From NCBI GenBank assembly GCA_030264375.1, contig JASCQW010000148.1, forward strand, positions 13,695,411 to 13,759,410: 64,000 nt of DNA. Direction: 5' to 3'. The notes under the pieces are model-generated. The model had not been told where the DNA came from. It searched no databases and worked only from the letters and a program-made list of their open reading frames with translations. The DNA is from Carcharhinus longimanus. Its lineage: Eukaryota. The translations under genes were made by a program, and so were the position numbers. Below, piece by piece: positions 51,186 to 64,000 of the stretch (its first letter is position 1; each line of letters opens with the position of its first letter).

Positions 51186-53291
51186 GAAACTTAAACCAAT
51201 ATTACCATGAGAAGGTAAAACAACGTAAGGAAGAACAAAGTAACAAGCAGGCTCCTAACTTTAACTACAGGCACAAGGCATGTGAGTTATCAGTGCTGAA
51301 GCCTGGTGAGAGAGAATGGGTTTGAGACCAACAGAGAGGAGGCACAATAACCAAATTAACTCCACAACTGCGATCATATAGGATTGAGACAGATCAGGGA
51401 ACTATAAGCAGAAGCCTTAATACTTTAGGAAAGAAAGCCAAAAGAAATCTGGCCAAACTACTCAGATCCTGAGGAGAAAGAAAAAGACAGACTAAAGCCT
51501 CAACAACCACCCAGGGGAAAAAAAATACATGAACAGAAGGGAAAGTACAAACTATCTTTGACCTCAGAAAAAAATCAGGAAGATTAGTCAAGGCACCTGA
51601 GAGACTAAACCGGTGAAGTCTAAGACCTTGTGGAAGATGTGGGAGGATGTAAATATTGTAAAGATAAAGACTTGAGGGGTGAGATATAAAGTAAGGGGTT
51701 AACATCAACTTCTTATGATGCTGACAGAATGATGATGTAACACTACATGATTGAGTAACAGAGATCTGAAGGGAGCAGAAGTTCCAAACTCTTGCAGAGT
51801 TCCAATGTGTACATCATAGCTATAAGTATAATGATTTTTAAAAACTACAATCTCTAACAGCTTTCTTTGGGAGAATAACCAAATCCCAAAGTATCCTGTC
51901 TCAACCTCAAGCACACAATTAGACACAGACCACCACAATTTAATTTCATTCTCATTAATATTCCAGCCATTCCTCCAAGGTAAGATTGTGTTGGGATCCT
52001 TCCACTACCTTTTTGGCTACACAACCCTCCACTACTTCCTTGATTGACATTATGACTTTGGATGACTCAACTCCTTGTTCAAGTTTTCTGCAGATCCAAC
52101 TGCTTCCCCACAGCTTTCCAAGCTAAATCTGCTGCCCGCTTTCTGCTACAATGCTCTGTGAGGACCACTGTAGATTTTTTCCACTATCTGCAAGCTAACA
52201 CCAATTGTTAAGCTACTTTTCCCTCATGAAATCCAAACTGAGATAGAGCCCCAATTACATTCCATGAAGCAAGTAATGAAATTAGTATCTAGTCTCTCGA
52301 AATGTAGACCTAACTGACTGTCATTGCCTATTGGGTCTCTCAACTGAGTGAGAAGCAGTCTTCACCAAAACAAAGCTACAACTGCCTCTCTCTGTTCCCA
52401 TTATGTGCTGCCTACTTCTGTCAGTAAACACACACAAATAAGTTAAACAAAGTAATTTCTTTACCAAACCTGCACACTGATTTCCTCTTTGGCAACATGT
52501 TGCACATAGCATGTTTCTAAGTAGAAAGGCAAATTAACATGCATACCAATAATTTTGATCTCTAATGGAGTTTTACTGCCCTTCTTCTCAATTTCTAGCT
52601 TTTAGCTTCTTTTATGGAGGTAATGATAGATACCCTTGTTCTATCAAGAGGTCCAGAAATGGGTTATCAATTGTCCAGTATTTACACTTCAACTCTAATC
52701 TTGCAAGATAAATATAGGGTAACAATTAAAATAATTTATTCCTTCTTGTTAACTTGCATTCAGTTCAGTATTATTACCAGTTTCTCGGTCAAGATTTTCC
52801 ATTATTTCCTATCTAAGACTTTAACTTTCTAAATGTAGAAGTTATTTTCTAAAATATATGAATTATGAACTAGATATTAGCAACACAAAGCACTGCTGTA
52901 AATAAAGCTCCCATTAGAGTGAATTATTTTTGGGGCTAAAACAATGCTAATGGAGACCTGATTTTATAGCGAGGGGGATTGAATATAAAAGTAGGGAGGT
53001 CTTGCTGCAGCTGTATAGGGCATTGGTGAGGCCGCAGCTNNNNNNNNNNNNNNNNNNNNNNNNNNNNNNNNNNNNNNNNNNNNNNNNNNNNNNNNNNNNN
53101 NNNNNNNNNNNNNNNNNNNNNNNNNNNNNNNNNNNNNNNCTGCAGGCAAGCCAGTTCTGGATCCACAAGGCCAAAGGCCCTCGGATCCCATGCCCTCTCA
53201 CCTTCTCAAGAAGGTGTTATTATGTTTATTCAGTTCTGAAAAGTTCATCAATGACAAGGAGAAAGCACAGATAGATTAGTTGTTTTCTTAC

Positions 53292-53434
53292 ATTTGGTGA
53301 AGATGGCACAAAGTACCAGTATCCTCTTGTCTTAAATGGATCAGTTATACTGGTAATGTAGTCACTATGATTGCCAAGGGCATTTCTGAGAGCAGTAATT
53401 TCATTGATCAAATCTTCCATCTCACTTAAATTAC
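53292..53434 (-). CDS. CNTRL: CNTRL exon (...DPFKTRGYWYFVPSSPN)
   Basis: tttcag acceptor, gtaaga donor; conserved DPFKxRGYWYF motif. Confidence 0.95.
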
Positions 53435-54778
53435 CTGAAAGTTAAATAAAAATACTTAGTAGTAAATAGCTTTCTTTTTAAATTGTTCATTTGCAGGACA
53501 TAAAGTATTGTTGCAAAGTCAGTCTTTATTGCCCATTCCTAATTATTAACAAATTTATGGGTCAGGCGCATTGTTGTGGATTTGGAGTCACACAGAGGTC
53601 AGACCAGATAAAGATTACAGATTTACTTCCCTAATGTTAATCAGCGAATCAGATGAATTTTTTATGACCATCTGCAGATTTCATGATCATCATTACTGAT
53701 TCTATCTTTTTATTCCAGATTTAGTTAATTAACCAAAATGTAAATTCCCCAGCTATTGAGGTGGGATTCCAATTCATGTTATCAGATCATTAATACTGCC
53801 TCTTGATTACTGTAACCTAGGCAACTACACTAGCTGAATTAAAAAAAAATAGTTCTTGGAATAAAAGCAGCAAGGCCAGCATTTATTGACTATCAGAAAG
53901 TGGTGGTATAAGCAGCCTTTTCCAACCACTACAGTCCACAGTGCTGTTAGAAATGCTGTTCCAGGATTTTGATCCAGTGAATTGAAAGTCTTTTGGCTGC
54001 AGGAATTGTGTTGTTTGAGTTACTGGTGATAACAGTGATTTTGTACTGAAAAAATTAACTGTATTGAATTCTCAACAGACAATAATTTGACAAATAATTG
54101 CACAGTAGTACAGTCAAATGATTCATTAACAATATTAAAAACATTGAAATAGTTATGGAATTCAACATATTTCAACAGACAAAAGCATAATTCTTCCCAG
54201 TTTATCAACTTATAATAAGGTTCTGTTAATAACAGACCTATATAAAACTGCAGTGAAATGCCACCACGATCCATTATTTATCATACTATTTCTATGTCCT
54301 TAAGTCATACCTGACTAATCATGGCTAATTTTAGTAGTTCAAGAAGGTGTCAGACTATGGAGACTGCAAGAATTTGGAACATCAATTAATTCAGTAAATT
54401 ACCATCCTTTTTCTGCTGTCTAACCAGGCAGTTTTGTTATTCTGTAAACACTGCACATGTGAAGGCTTGAAGAGTTGCTTTATAGTTCCACTGGATAATG
54501 CTGTTTCTTTTGCAAAAATTGAAATTTTAATTGAAGCTCATTAATTAAATACACAGAAAAGTTAGATGCATCCGACTGATAAAAACAGACTTTGGCATTG
54601 GCTTGCAATTTGCTACACAGGCATGATGCTTATGTTCTGGATTAGCCCCCTCAGCTGTGGAAATATAAAATGGGTAGTTCCTATAATGGATGCTGATCCA
54701 CTAGCTTTATGCCAAGATGACAAGTTGAAAATCAACCCCTCTAAAATTAAATTGATAAAGTTGTGCAAACTGGTTCAT

Positions 54779-55733
54779 GGCCGCGATTCTCCCATCTGTG
54801 CCTGGCACTTTTCCGGCAGGTCTGACCAGGAGACATATTCTGTGACCTTGAACGGGGATTTGCGCATACGCCGGGAACGCATGCACATTTCCCAGAGCTG
54901 GCGAACAGTCACTGGCCTGGCCAGACCATACTGGAAACCAGCGGGAAGGCAGGTAAGTAATTTAAATCTTTTTAAAATCTTTTTTAAATATGTAGGTTTG
55001 TTAATTATTGGGACCTTTCAGGTCCCAATCGAATGTCCCACCCTGCCAGGAGTACTTCATTCCAGCGAGGTTCAGACTAGCTTCCTACGTTCAGGGAGCT
55101 AGCAGGAGATGCTGCCGGAATAAAGGGGGAAGGCAATCGGGGCCCCCTAGGGGGTGGGGCTGGTGCCCTGGGCATGGGCATCTTGGCAGTGCCAGCCTTG
55201 TCCCCGGTACTGCCCAAGGGACAAAGTGCCCATGCCCAGGGAGCACAATGGCACTGCCCATTGGGCATCAGGCAGTGCCAAGGGGACAGGGCCTTTTGTG
55301 GGTGCGACTGGTGAGGATGAGGGGGTCCCACAGCCACTCTGCATTGGGATTGGTCTGGGATGGAGGGAGGACAGAAATTGGAGCTGGGGGAGGGCGCTGG
55401 GCATCAGGGCTCTGTGATGGGGAGGGGTCAGGGCTAGCCCGGGGATTGTTCTGGGGGCCTCTATTGGGTAATTGAGGTGGCCAGCAAATGAGAGTTTGAC
55501 AGTTTTGGGCCATTGCACATGCACAGAGCTCCAGGACGATCAAACTCTGGCGCGAATAGGCCCTGCACTGCCACCACCACCCTCCCCGGTTTTTATGAGA
55601 TTCACGACAGGGATCTCTTCAGTGCACAGAGTGCGGAAATTCAGATGAGAAGCTGAACTGTCAGAACTGTCAAGAACTGTCACAATTGAGAACAGTTTTC
55701 CTGCCAATTCAGCACTTTTGGGAGAATCACCCC
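54779..55733. mobile_element. GC-rich MITE / non-autonomous DNA transposon
   Basis: TIR ggccgcgattctccc / gggagaatcacccc; CAT on both flanks. Confidence 0.7.
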
Positions 55734-56077
55734 CATGATGTCTAGAAATGGCAGTTAGCAACTTAACTTGTCTGAAATCTTAACTATAAAAATAATTACA
55801 GAAAGTTTCAGAGAAAAAAATGTTGATGATCTTATGGCAGTTGAAGCAAGTTATCTTTGATTCCATATTTCTTTAACATGTTATAAGTTGCCACTGGTCA
55901 GCAATGCAGTCCCTCAGGTCTTTCTCGAGTAGAAGAAAAATTTAACTGACAACAGAGAGAAATTCTCACCATTGTGCCCCCTTTGCAATAGTAGACATTT
56001 TGTAACTATGCCTGCAAAGTGTTACCCTATTACAGACATACATAGTTTAAATACAAAAATCAAAGATCAAAACAAAC

Positions 56078-56222
56078 CTTCTTTGGTTCGATCCAGGTGA
56101 TCTTGGAGGTGTTTCAGTTCTGCCCGTTGTTGGTTTAGAGCTCGGTTTAGTCTGTCAATTTCTAACTGTTGGCCATTTATGGTATTTGCTCCACAATCAA
56201 GTGTCTGAATTCCACCCAGCAT
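56078..56222 (-). CDS. CNTRL: CNTRL exon (MLGGIQ...LEIDRLNRALNQQRAEL...)
   Basis: ttttag acceptor, gtttgt donor, 145 nt, ends phase 1. Confidence 0.88.
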
Positions 56223-56424
56223 CTAAAAGGCCAGACAAAATCCACAGAATACTAATTAGTCGAGTTAGAATATTGTATTATAATCATGCCACACACCCAT
56301 CCAATTACTAATGAATGCAATAAGCACACTAAAGGAATACAAAATTTGCAAAAAGGAAAAGAAATTGCTTGTGCAACTGTAGAAGTAGCTCTTCTAAATT
56401 TGAGAGTTAAAATATTGTCATTAC

Positions 56425-59123
56425 TGTTGTAGTGTTATTATAAACATCTTGTATAAATGTCTGTAATGGTGGTGCACATGTACAGAGTGACATCAGTAGC
56501 ACAGATTTAATCTTTCACTAGCTGCTGCTTCCAGTCCAGAATTGTTGCTGTAACATAGTTTAATGTTTCTTTGCATATAAAGCAGTTTGAATTAACACAC
56601 TTGACTACCTTTCGTGACTGAAGTTACCACATCTTTTTGGTGACGAGGAGGAAACGGTGCTGTTGAAAGGAACAGAAGTAATCGAACAATGATCAGCAAG
56701 GCAGCATGAAGATTTGCACACTGCGTAGCAAGTTTATGACATGAGCAGTGACCCATGGCTCAAATCAGCAGGTTCTCATGAGTTTTAACGAAGAAACAAG
56801 TAACAGCACCATGGCTACGTTCTGGACTATCAGTGAGTTTATAGAAGAGAACAGGGATCTTTTATGTAGAAAGATTACAAAACTCGGGGTGGAGGGGAAC
56901 ACGCTTTGGGACAGACTAGGTTTGTGACATTAATGAGGATAGCATTCAGTGGCTTTTGTGGGGAGAAGCCACACTTAATTTTAAGGCGGCTCTAGAAGCT
57001 TCTCAGCGCGTGGAAATGGTGCCAGCAATGCAAAAGATATTCAGAAGGCCAACAGCGGCCCACAATTAAACAAAGAGGCTGCAAGTAAAAAGGTGAAGAC
57101 AGTGGAGTGTTTTAGGTATGGAGGACGAAGAAATTCCTGATGCAAGAATGCCTTATAGTTGTAGAGGATGATGAGCTGAGACCATATGCAAAAGCAGAAA
57201 GATAAGCTAAATGTGCACGATGGGGTTGCATTCTTTGGGGTTCCAAAGTAGTAGTTCCCCCAACATCGTGTGTTATGGTTGAAATGCAAACCCAGGTATC
57301 TCCTAACATCAAGTGTAGTATCGACATGCTGTGCTCAGTTGAAGTCATTAGGTTACATTTTAGCTTCATTTGAAGCAATTTTTAAAAGTGGCATCTCGGC
57401 CTTTTGGCTAAGANNNNNNNNNNNNNNNNNNNNNNNNNNNNNNNNNNNNNNNNNNNNNNNNNNNNNNNNNNNNNNNNNNNNNNNNNNNNNNNNNNNNNNN
57501 NNNNNNNNNNNNNTTTTAGCTTCATTTGAAGCAATTTTTAAAAGTGGCATCTCGGCCTTTTGGCTAAGATGCAAATGAGATCAAGCCTTGCAGGAGGAGC
57601 TATGCCTACTCCAATCAGTTTGGATCATGTAGATCAAGCCCAAGACAGGAGGTGAGAGCCCTGTCTTATCAGCTTGGACCGGGAATGTCTCAACTCGTTG
57701 AGACTCTGAAATGGACTTGATTTGATTGAATTGGAATTAAAAACATAAAAAAGTCTAGTCAGGTCGTCTGTTTGGCGTCCCAACATGGATCAAGACTTGG
57801 AGAACAAAGTGAAATCCTGTAAGCTGGTGCCACCAGTAGCACTACATCCTTGGGAGTGGCCTGATCCTCCTTGGGCGAGACTTCATGTGGATCTTGAAAG
57901 ACCGACCACATGTTTTTAGTTATCACGGATGCACATTCTAAGTGGTTAGAACTACACATCATAAGCAACATTACAATTCCCAGTACCATAACTACGCAAA
58001 GTTTTTGCAACTCATGATTTACCGGATTCTCTTGCTTCAGGTAATGGGATAACGTTTACAAGTGACCTGTTGCAAGTTTATGTGAAGGAATGGAATACAT
58101 CATGGTATACTGTACCTTTTCATCCAGCATCAAATGGGTTAGCAGAGTGAGCTGTACAGACACTGAAGGAAGGAGTGAGTGAAAAAAATGTCAAGTGATA
58201 CTTTAGGAACCAAGCTCTCAAGGTTCTTGTTCCAGTATTGCATCACACTGCCATCAAAAACAGGACTCTCTCCAGCTGAATTACTAACAGGTAGGAAGCT
58301 AAAGTCTCACTTAGATCTGCTACACCCAGATGTCAAAGTAAAGGTAGGCAGAAAATAGGAAAAGCAGAAGGAGAGGCATGATTATCATACTAAAGAGCAA
58401 CAATTCCATCCAAATGACTGTGCCTATGTGAAGAATTTTGGCAGTAATCAACACAGGTTTAGAATAATTCCAGGTAGCCAATGTGATTCAGTATCTTTAG
58501 TAGTGAAACTACTTAATGGAAGAGTCATTTGCACTCACCAAGATCACATTCATCTATTCCATGATTTAGATTCAGCCAAGATTCCAAATCACACTGAAGA
58601 AGGCAATGCTGCTGTGGAAGTTCAACAATAAGTGGTTCCTGTTGTACCAGGACTTCCACTGGACTCTACTTCAGGACAGGAACACTCATGCACAGTTACT
58701 CAACCTACTTCTGTGCTCACAAGTTCAGCTGAACTAAATCAAGCATCACCAGAGTGGACATAGTCACCGGTGGTATTAAGCAGATCACAGAACAGTCACA
58801 AAATTCATGAATGCCGTATAGTTAAGACATTAGTTTCATTGTATTTCTGTCCTTAAGGGAGATTGGAATTAAAGGAAGGGGAGAAGTGTTATAGTGTGTT
58901 ATTATAAGTATTTTCTTATTGAAGTGCATTTATCGATGTCTGTAACAGCTGTGCACATGTGGAGTGATGTCATAAATAGCACGTTTAGTCTTCCATGAGA
59001 GACCTGTGTACCAGCTCCTGGTCCTGAGTTCTTGTTGTATTATATTTCGAAGTTTTTTTTGTAGACAAAGTAGTTTGAATTTATTAATGCATTTGACTAC
59101 CTTTTGTGGCTAAAATTACCACA
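56425..59123 (+). mobile_element. Internally deleted Gypsy LTR element with both LTRs (56425-56631, 58887-59123)
   Basis: TG...CA LTRs sharing ttgactaccttt..ttaccaca; PBS tggtgacgagga at 56638; PPT 58871-58886; integrase relics (FHPASNGLAE); flanks attac/ataac. Confidence 0.88.
57310..57741 (+). mobile_element. Inserted element with U2 snRNA-derived segments (SINEU-like or Keno/Utopia-related)
   Basis: atcaagtgtagtatc (57308-57322) and tctcggccttttggctaagat (57550-57570) equal recalled U2 nt 26-40 and 7-27; aacat on both flanks; splits the Gypsy PGIS|KSLVRS motif. Confidence 0.75.
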
Positions 59124-59693
59124 ATAACAATGCAACAACATTCATAAAACTTGCTAAAAAGTTAAATACGCTCCCCACTCACGCAATAAGTAAAGCATGT
59201 TAATTTAAACAAAAAATTCAAATCTTTTACAGTTATTTTGAGGGGAGGCAGTGGTATAGAGGTATTATTTCTGGACTAGAAATCCAGAAACCCAGGGTAA
59301 TGCTCTGGGGACTGGATTCGAATTTCGCCATGGCAGATGGTGAAATTTGAATTCAATAAAAATCTGGAAATAGAAGTGTAATGATGACCATGAAATCATT
59401 GTCAACTGTCCTTTAGGGGATTTCTTTCCTTTAGGGAACATGTAGGGCAGACCACGTAAGGATGGCAGATTTCCCTCCGCGAAGGACATTATTGAACCAG
59501 ATGGGGTTTTTTCAAATGATAACTGACAATGGTTTCAAGGTCAACATTAAACTTTTAGTTCCATATTTTTATCAAATTCAAATTTCACCATTTGCCATGG
59601 GTCTCTATGGGCATTATGCTGGGTCACTGGATTGCTAGTCCAATGACAATGCCACTGCCTCTCGCTCATGTGTCCACAATGTTTTGGCCTCAC

Positions 59694-59810
59694 CTGGTTT
59701 TCTTTCTCCTTTAACAAATTTTGTAGCATATCAATTTCAGCTTCTGCCTTGGCAAGGTCTCGAGCTGCCCGAGTTGCCTCAGCCCGGAATTTTTCTGCTA
59801 ATTCTATTTC
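59694..59810 (-). CDS. CNTRL: CNTRL exon (EIELAE...AARDLAKAEAEIDMLQNLL...NQ)
   Basis: cctcag acceptor, gtgagg donor, 117 nt. Confidence 0.92.
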
Positions 59811-59956
59811 CTGAGGAATAAATGCAAATTCACAGGTGAAGACAGAGGTTGAAAATACCCTGCAGTTTTAGCATGTTTCATTACAGGGAATTCAATAAAC
59901 TTGAAAACATGTATTCTGGGAGCATAGAATAATCTGTCATCAACAAAATATATTAC

Positions 59957-60124
59957 CTCTTCTTTTTCATGATTAAGTTTTTGAACAGTTCCCTGAAGAG
60001 CTTTCAGGTGGTCTTTAGCAGTGGAGAGTTCATTCGCAGCCATCTTTTCGGAAGCAGCCATAGTTGCCTTCAAGTCTTTCACGTCTTTTTCAAGACCACG
60101 TAGCTTTAAATGCACTCTTCGATC
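59957..60124 (-). CDS. CNTRL: CNTRL exon (DRRVHL...AKDHLKALQGTVQKLNHEKEE)
   Basis: AG/GT bounded, 168 nt; resembles AKDQLKSLHGTV. Confidence 0.92.
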
Positions 60125-61874
60125 CTGCAATTAATATTCAAATCAAGTTAAATCAAAGTTTCCATAGTATCTCTCTCTTCAAGTAGCTAACTGCTAATGA
60201 TGACTCTACACATCTCTATTTTGTGGATGCCACAAAATCACAACAGGGAAAGTAGAAGAGACAAGTCCCAAGAACTATCTTAGCCAATATGGGGACAGAA
60301 CCCAATGTTACTATGCACTGGCCAACAGAGCTAACTGGCCTTGATTTCCCTTTGATAAAATTTGTTTAAAACCTACAACATTTTTATCTTAATTAATTTT
60401 GTAGAAAGATAATGCCTTCCATTTTAAAAAAGTGTGAAATTTGAAACTTGAAGAATCATCCATATGATATTCACACTTGACCGAGTTTTTGAAGAAACTA
60501 GCAAATTTTTGGGAACACTAAAATATTTTAAATTGGTGTTAATATTTTGCAGCTAGTCCAGTGAAAATGTACTGCAAATCCAATCAACATGAATTTATAA
60601 CCACAGAAAAATTACAATATTGTTCTCTGGGTGGCAGGTTTTTAAATTCTCTGGTCATTTGATGTTTTGTTCCACATGGATGTTTTGTCCACCATGTGCT
60701 GACCTTATGTTAGATGAGTATGTATGATGACTTCCCAAAGAATGTCTAACAGTTGCAAAGCAAAGAGTAATTTTCCTACCTCACCTAACTCTACAACATG
60801 TGCATGAGGAGAGAAGATTTTCACAAAGAGGTTTTAATTAATATTGTTTCTACACAAAGGCTGCCTGACATATGTTTTTCAACATTTTCTGGTTTTTTTC
60901 CCCATATTTCTAGCATCCATAGTACTTTGCTTTTGTACCTCGCCAGGAATATGATTCGTCATGCCTGCACAATCTGAAGGCTCACGTCAGACCAGCATTT
61001 CGAGAAAAGCCTCAGAAAAATAGGCAATGTTAATTTTTTCTGGTAATTTCTTCCTGGACTTTGCACCCAGGAAGCTGAGTGTTCCCCAGCAGCAAAAATT
61101 GGTAAATTGGCAAACTCTGTGTACGGCTGGCAACAGTTTGAACTTTACTGGGATCTCTCCAACCATTTATACTTTTCGCCACCACTGTCACAGAAATCAA
61201 CACTGGTATGGCCCTTTACACCATTCTTTGGCACCTTCCCTTCCTTCAAGTGCCTCACCTTATTCCACCCTTCTTACCTTTCCATTACAGTTGACATTCT
61301 CTATCATAATTCATTCAGTTTCTGATCAAGCTATCATCTCATCTTTCTCCCTTCAGCCTCAGCAGTAAACAACTCCTACTCCACTGCCACTTTAGTTTCC
61401 TTGTCAATTTACTTTTCTTCCCTTCCTCAGATTTCACTGGCCTGAAAACTTTTCCTTCAATATAAACCCTCTAATAACATTCATGAATTCTCCGTGCAAT
61501 CTGCCATTTTATATGGCCAGTCTATACCCACAATCTCTAATAGATAAGCAATCTCTGTCCACTTTCTTGTATTCCTTTTGACATCTGTTTCCTCTACACC
61601 CTTTCAACTGTATTTCCTTCTGCATTTGTCCTGGAAAAGAACTCTGGTTCCATTTGCTCTGAATCCTGATCTACTTTATGGCCTATCTGGTCTCATGTGC
61701 TCTTTGATTTCATTAATGTTCATTAGACTCACCTCCTGTGCTCTTGACCCCAATCTTACTAAAATACTTAGAATCCTTCCTGCCCTCAACATTGATTGAT
61801 AGTTCACTCTCTTTGAGTACTACCCCTTCCTTTCAAAGATGCTGCTTTCACTGCTACACCATCCCAATCTCCAA

Positions 61875-62240
61875 AAAACATAAGAACATAAGAAGTAGGA
61901 GCAGGAGTAGGCCATCTAGCCCTTCGAGCCTGCCCTGCCATTCAACAAGATCATGGCTGATCTGAAGTGGCTCNNNNNNNNNNNNNNNNNNNNNNNNNNN
62001 NNNNNNNNNNNNNNNNNNNNNNNNNNNNNNNNNNNNNNNNNNNNNNNNNNNNNNNNNNNNNNNNNNNNNNNNNACAGGATCCCTCACAACAAGATCCCTA
62101 ATTCTACCTGCCTCGTTACATAACATCAGATCTAAGATAGCTCGCTCCCTCGTTGGTTCCGTCACACACAGTTCAAGGAAACTATTCCGGCAGCATTCCG
62201 AGAACTCTTCCTCAAGCCCACCGCGTCCGACATGGGTCAA
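61875..62240 (-). mobile_element. CR1 LINE (endonuclease fragment plus 3' tail, N gap between)
   Basis: FLELCVTEPTRERAILDLMLCN; tail cataagaacataagaa on + strand. Confidence 0.85.
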
Positions 62241-62604
62241 CCAATCGCTTCAAACAACTGCTTCAAACTTCCAACCTTGCAAACTACAGCTCAATCTTCA
62301 TTTCTTTTCCGAAGTTCAAAACAATATTCTTGCTTTCCAAGCTTGATCTTTAATTGAACTTCATGTTCTAATCTCTCCAATTAGGCTTTCATCTATGTTG
62401 TAGCACTGAAACAACGCTAATCAAAATCATAAATGACATGCTCTTGATTGTGATTATGGTGCATTCTACCTCCTCGGCTACACTTCAGCCTTAACACAAT
62501 TAACCACAGAATTCTCCCCCAGTTATGTTCTGCATTTAGGTACTTCTCCTAATATCTCCTTCTTTAGCAGAGTATTCATTTTTATTCAAAGTGTACCCAG
62601 AGTA

Positions 62605-62905
62605 TCCGTGAACGGCACGAAAGCACAGTGGTTAGCCCTGCTTCCTCACAGTGTCAGGGACCAGGGTTCGATTCCTGGCTTGGATCACCATCTGTGCAGA
62701 ATCTGCACATTCTCCCTGTGTCTATGTGATTTCCTCCAGGTGCTTCAGTTTCCTCCCACAGTCCGAAAGACGTGCTGGTTAGGTGCATTGGCCATGCTAA
62801 ATTCTCCCTCAGTGTACCCAAACAGGCTCTGGAATATGGTGACTAGGGGATTTTCACAGTAACTTCATTGCAGTGTTAATGTAAGCCTACTTGTGACTAA
62901 TTAAA
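62605..62905 (+). mobile_element. tRNA-derived SINE
   Basis: gcacagtggttagc and ggttcgattcc pol III boxes; shared cagtaacttcattgcagtgttaatgtaagcctacttgtgacta tail. Confidence 0.85.
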
Positions 62906-63233
62906 AAAAAGTTATCTTTGTCCATTAAGCCTATGTAAAGCACCTGAAGTTGAATATGTTAAATGCACTATTGGCATGCTAATTATTATGTTAATTTCCC
63001 AAGTAGGACATTCCCAAGGCAAGTCATGTCAAAAGAAATGAACACCCTTATATATTGGAGTGGCAAACATAATAGAGGAAAGATAATAGAAAAGAAAAAC
63101 AATTATTTCTAGCAAACTAAGTGATCTTTTCTTTGAAATAGGTTAAGATTAAGCTAACTACATTGGTTGCATTCTAAGGAATAGATTTCTACCAACTTTT
63201 TTATAGTCATTAATAAAATGAAACTTTTATTAC

Positions 63234-63413
63234 CTTGTTTTCTTTATCTTCAAGTTCTGTTAAAAGTTTATCTCTATCTGCATCAGCCTCCTGGAGCTGC
63301 TCATCTGTGAGTGCCTGCAACTCTTGCATGTTTGTCAATTGCTCCTGGAGCCGCCATATTTCATCCTTCAACTCCTGTGCCTTAGCTTCATTGACTCCTT
63401 TTTGAGATTTTCT
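63234..63413 (-). CDS. CNTRL: CNTRL exon (RKSQKG...LQALTDEQLQEAD...ENK)
   Basis: ttggcag acceptor, gtaata donor, 180 nt open; resembles human IQGLTDLQLQEAD. Confidence 0.9.
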
Positions 63414-64000
63414 CTGCCAAACAGATTACAATTAATTTCTAGAAAGTGCAATCGCAAATATTAGATCAGTTAAATCTACCTTGTAGAACACAGAAACCCA
63501 GGACAGTGAAGCTTAGGCAAATATGAGTTAAAAAATGGACTCTTCAAAACTATACCCTCTTTTGAGAGCTAATGTGAATGCAGGTGGATAGTGGAATGCT
63601 TCTTGCCTTATTTTGCATTTCCATTCAGCAAGCAAAACTGAAAGCCCTTTCTTACTCAATTTTAAAGAATTGGTTTTCAAGTTGAGATCCCTGGACTCTA
63701 AGTGCAGGATTTTTCAGTTGCACTCACCCCAAGACCGGAAAAATCTGCCCGAGGTCAACAGACCTTTGCATGATCTGTGTCTCACCTGCTACGATCCCCA
63801 TGGCAGGTGGGACAGGAAAATTTCACCCTGAACCTGGTCAAATTTTCCTATTGCATTCCTGTACGTTTATAATCTCTTTTGTTTCCTAGCCTATGTATAA
63901 CATCATGCTTTAAAAAATCTTTCTCTATTGCCTACACTGTTACATTGTTTTTCGAAAGTTAGTTATAATTATAACTTTCTTTTCCATTGTATCTTCAAGG

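Larger units (their letters stand above)
1640..63413 (-). other. CNTRL: Centriolin gene, 3' portion (26 coding exons in window; 5' part lies beyond the right edge)
   Basis: Exons join in one frame with consistent phases (4347 nt incl. stop). The translation is colinear with recalled human centriolin motifs: DPFKTRGYWYF, GYWIYSPIR, GVLHCNVPEHH, IVDEIECLE..RRAELREADRLL, ERKKAEKQVA, DEQWRGE.LRE, CMSKQAE. Confidence 0.96.

Noticed and set aside
51729-51770. C/D-box-like motifs (atgatga...ctga)
   Set aside because: Only ~40 nt apart, no terminal stem, antisense to the host gene, and probably within LTR-like sequence.
54566-55543. Overlapping 90-178 aa ORFs
   Set aside because: They fall in a GC-rich MITE; no recognisable domain or splice context.
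57308-57570. Functional U2 snRNA gene
   Set aside because: Only nt 7-40 are present, split and permuted; no Sm site or 3' stem-loops are visible.

Overview
Vertebrate genomic DNA; the repeat content (CR1/L2 LINEs, tRNA-type SINEs, Penelope elements) suggests a cartilaginous fish, which is inference. The window holds the 3' part of a minus-strand centriolin gene (CNTRL/CEP110). I traced 26 phase-consistent coding exons by hand from 63413 down to a likely stop at 1640 (4347 nt, ~1448 aa). Two introns need GC donors. Introns are full of decayed CR1/L2 LINEs, SINEs, MITEs, three Gypsy LTR relics and Penelope-like elements; most ORF-track entries are spurious or repeat-derived. Most notable: (1) an inserted element containing exact U2 snRNA segments, apparently in ~105-nt tandem units, nested in a Gypsy relic (57310-57741); (2) an intact minimal hammerhead ribozyme motif in CNTRL-sense orientation inside a Penelope inverted repeat (38614-38647); (3) a ~390-bp inverted repeat pair bracketing one in-frame exon (5680-7506). 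Homology calls rest on recalled sequences, not database searches, and repeat boundaries are approximate.
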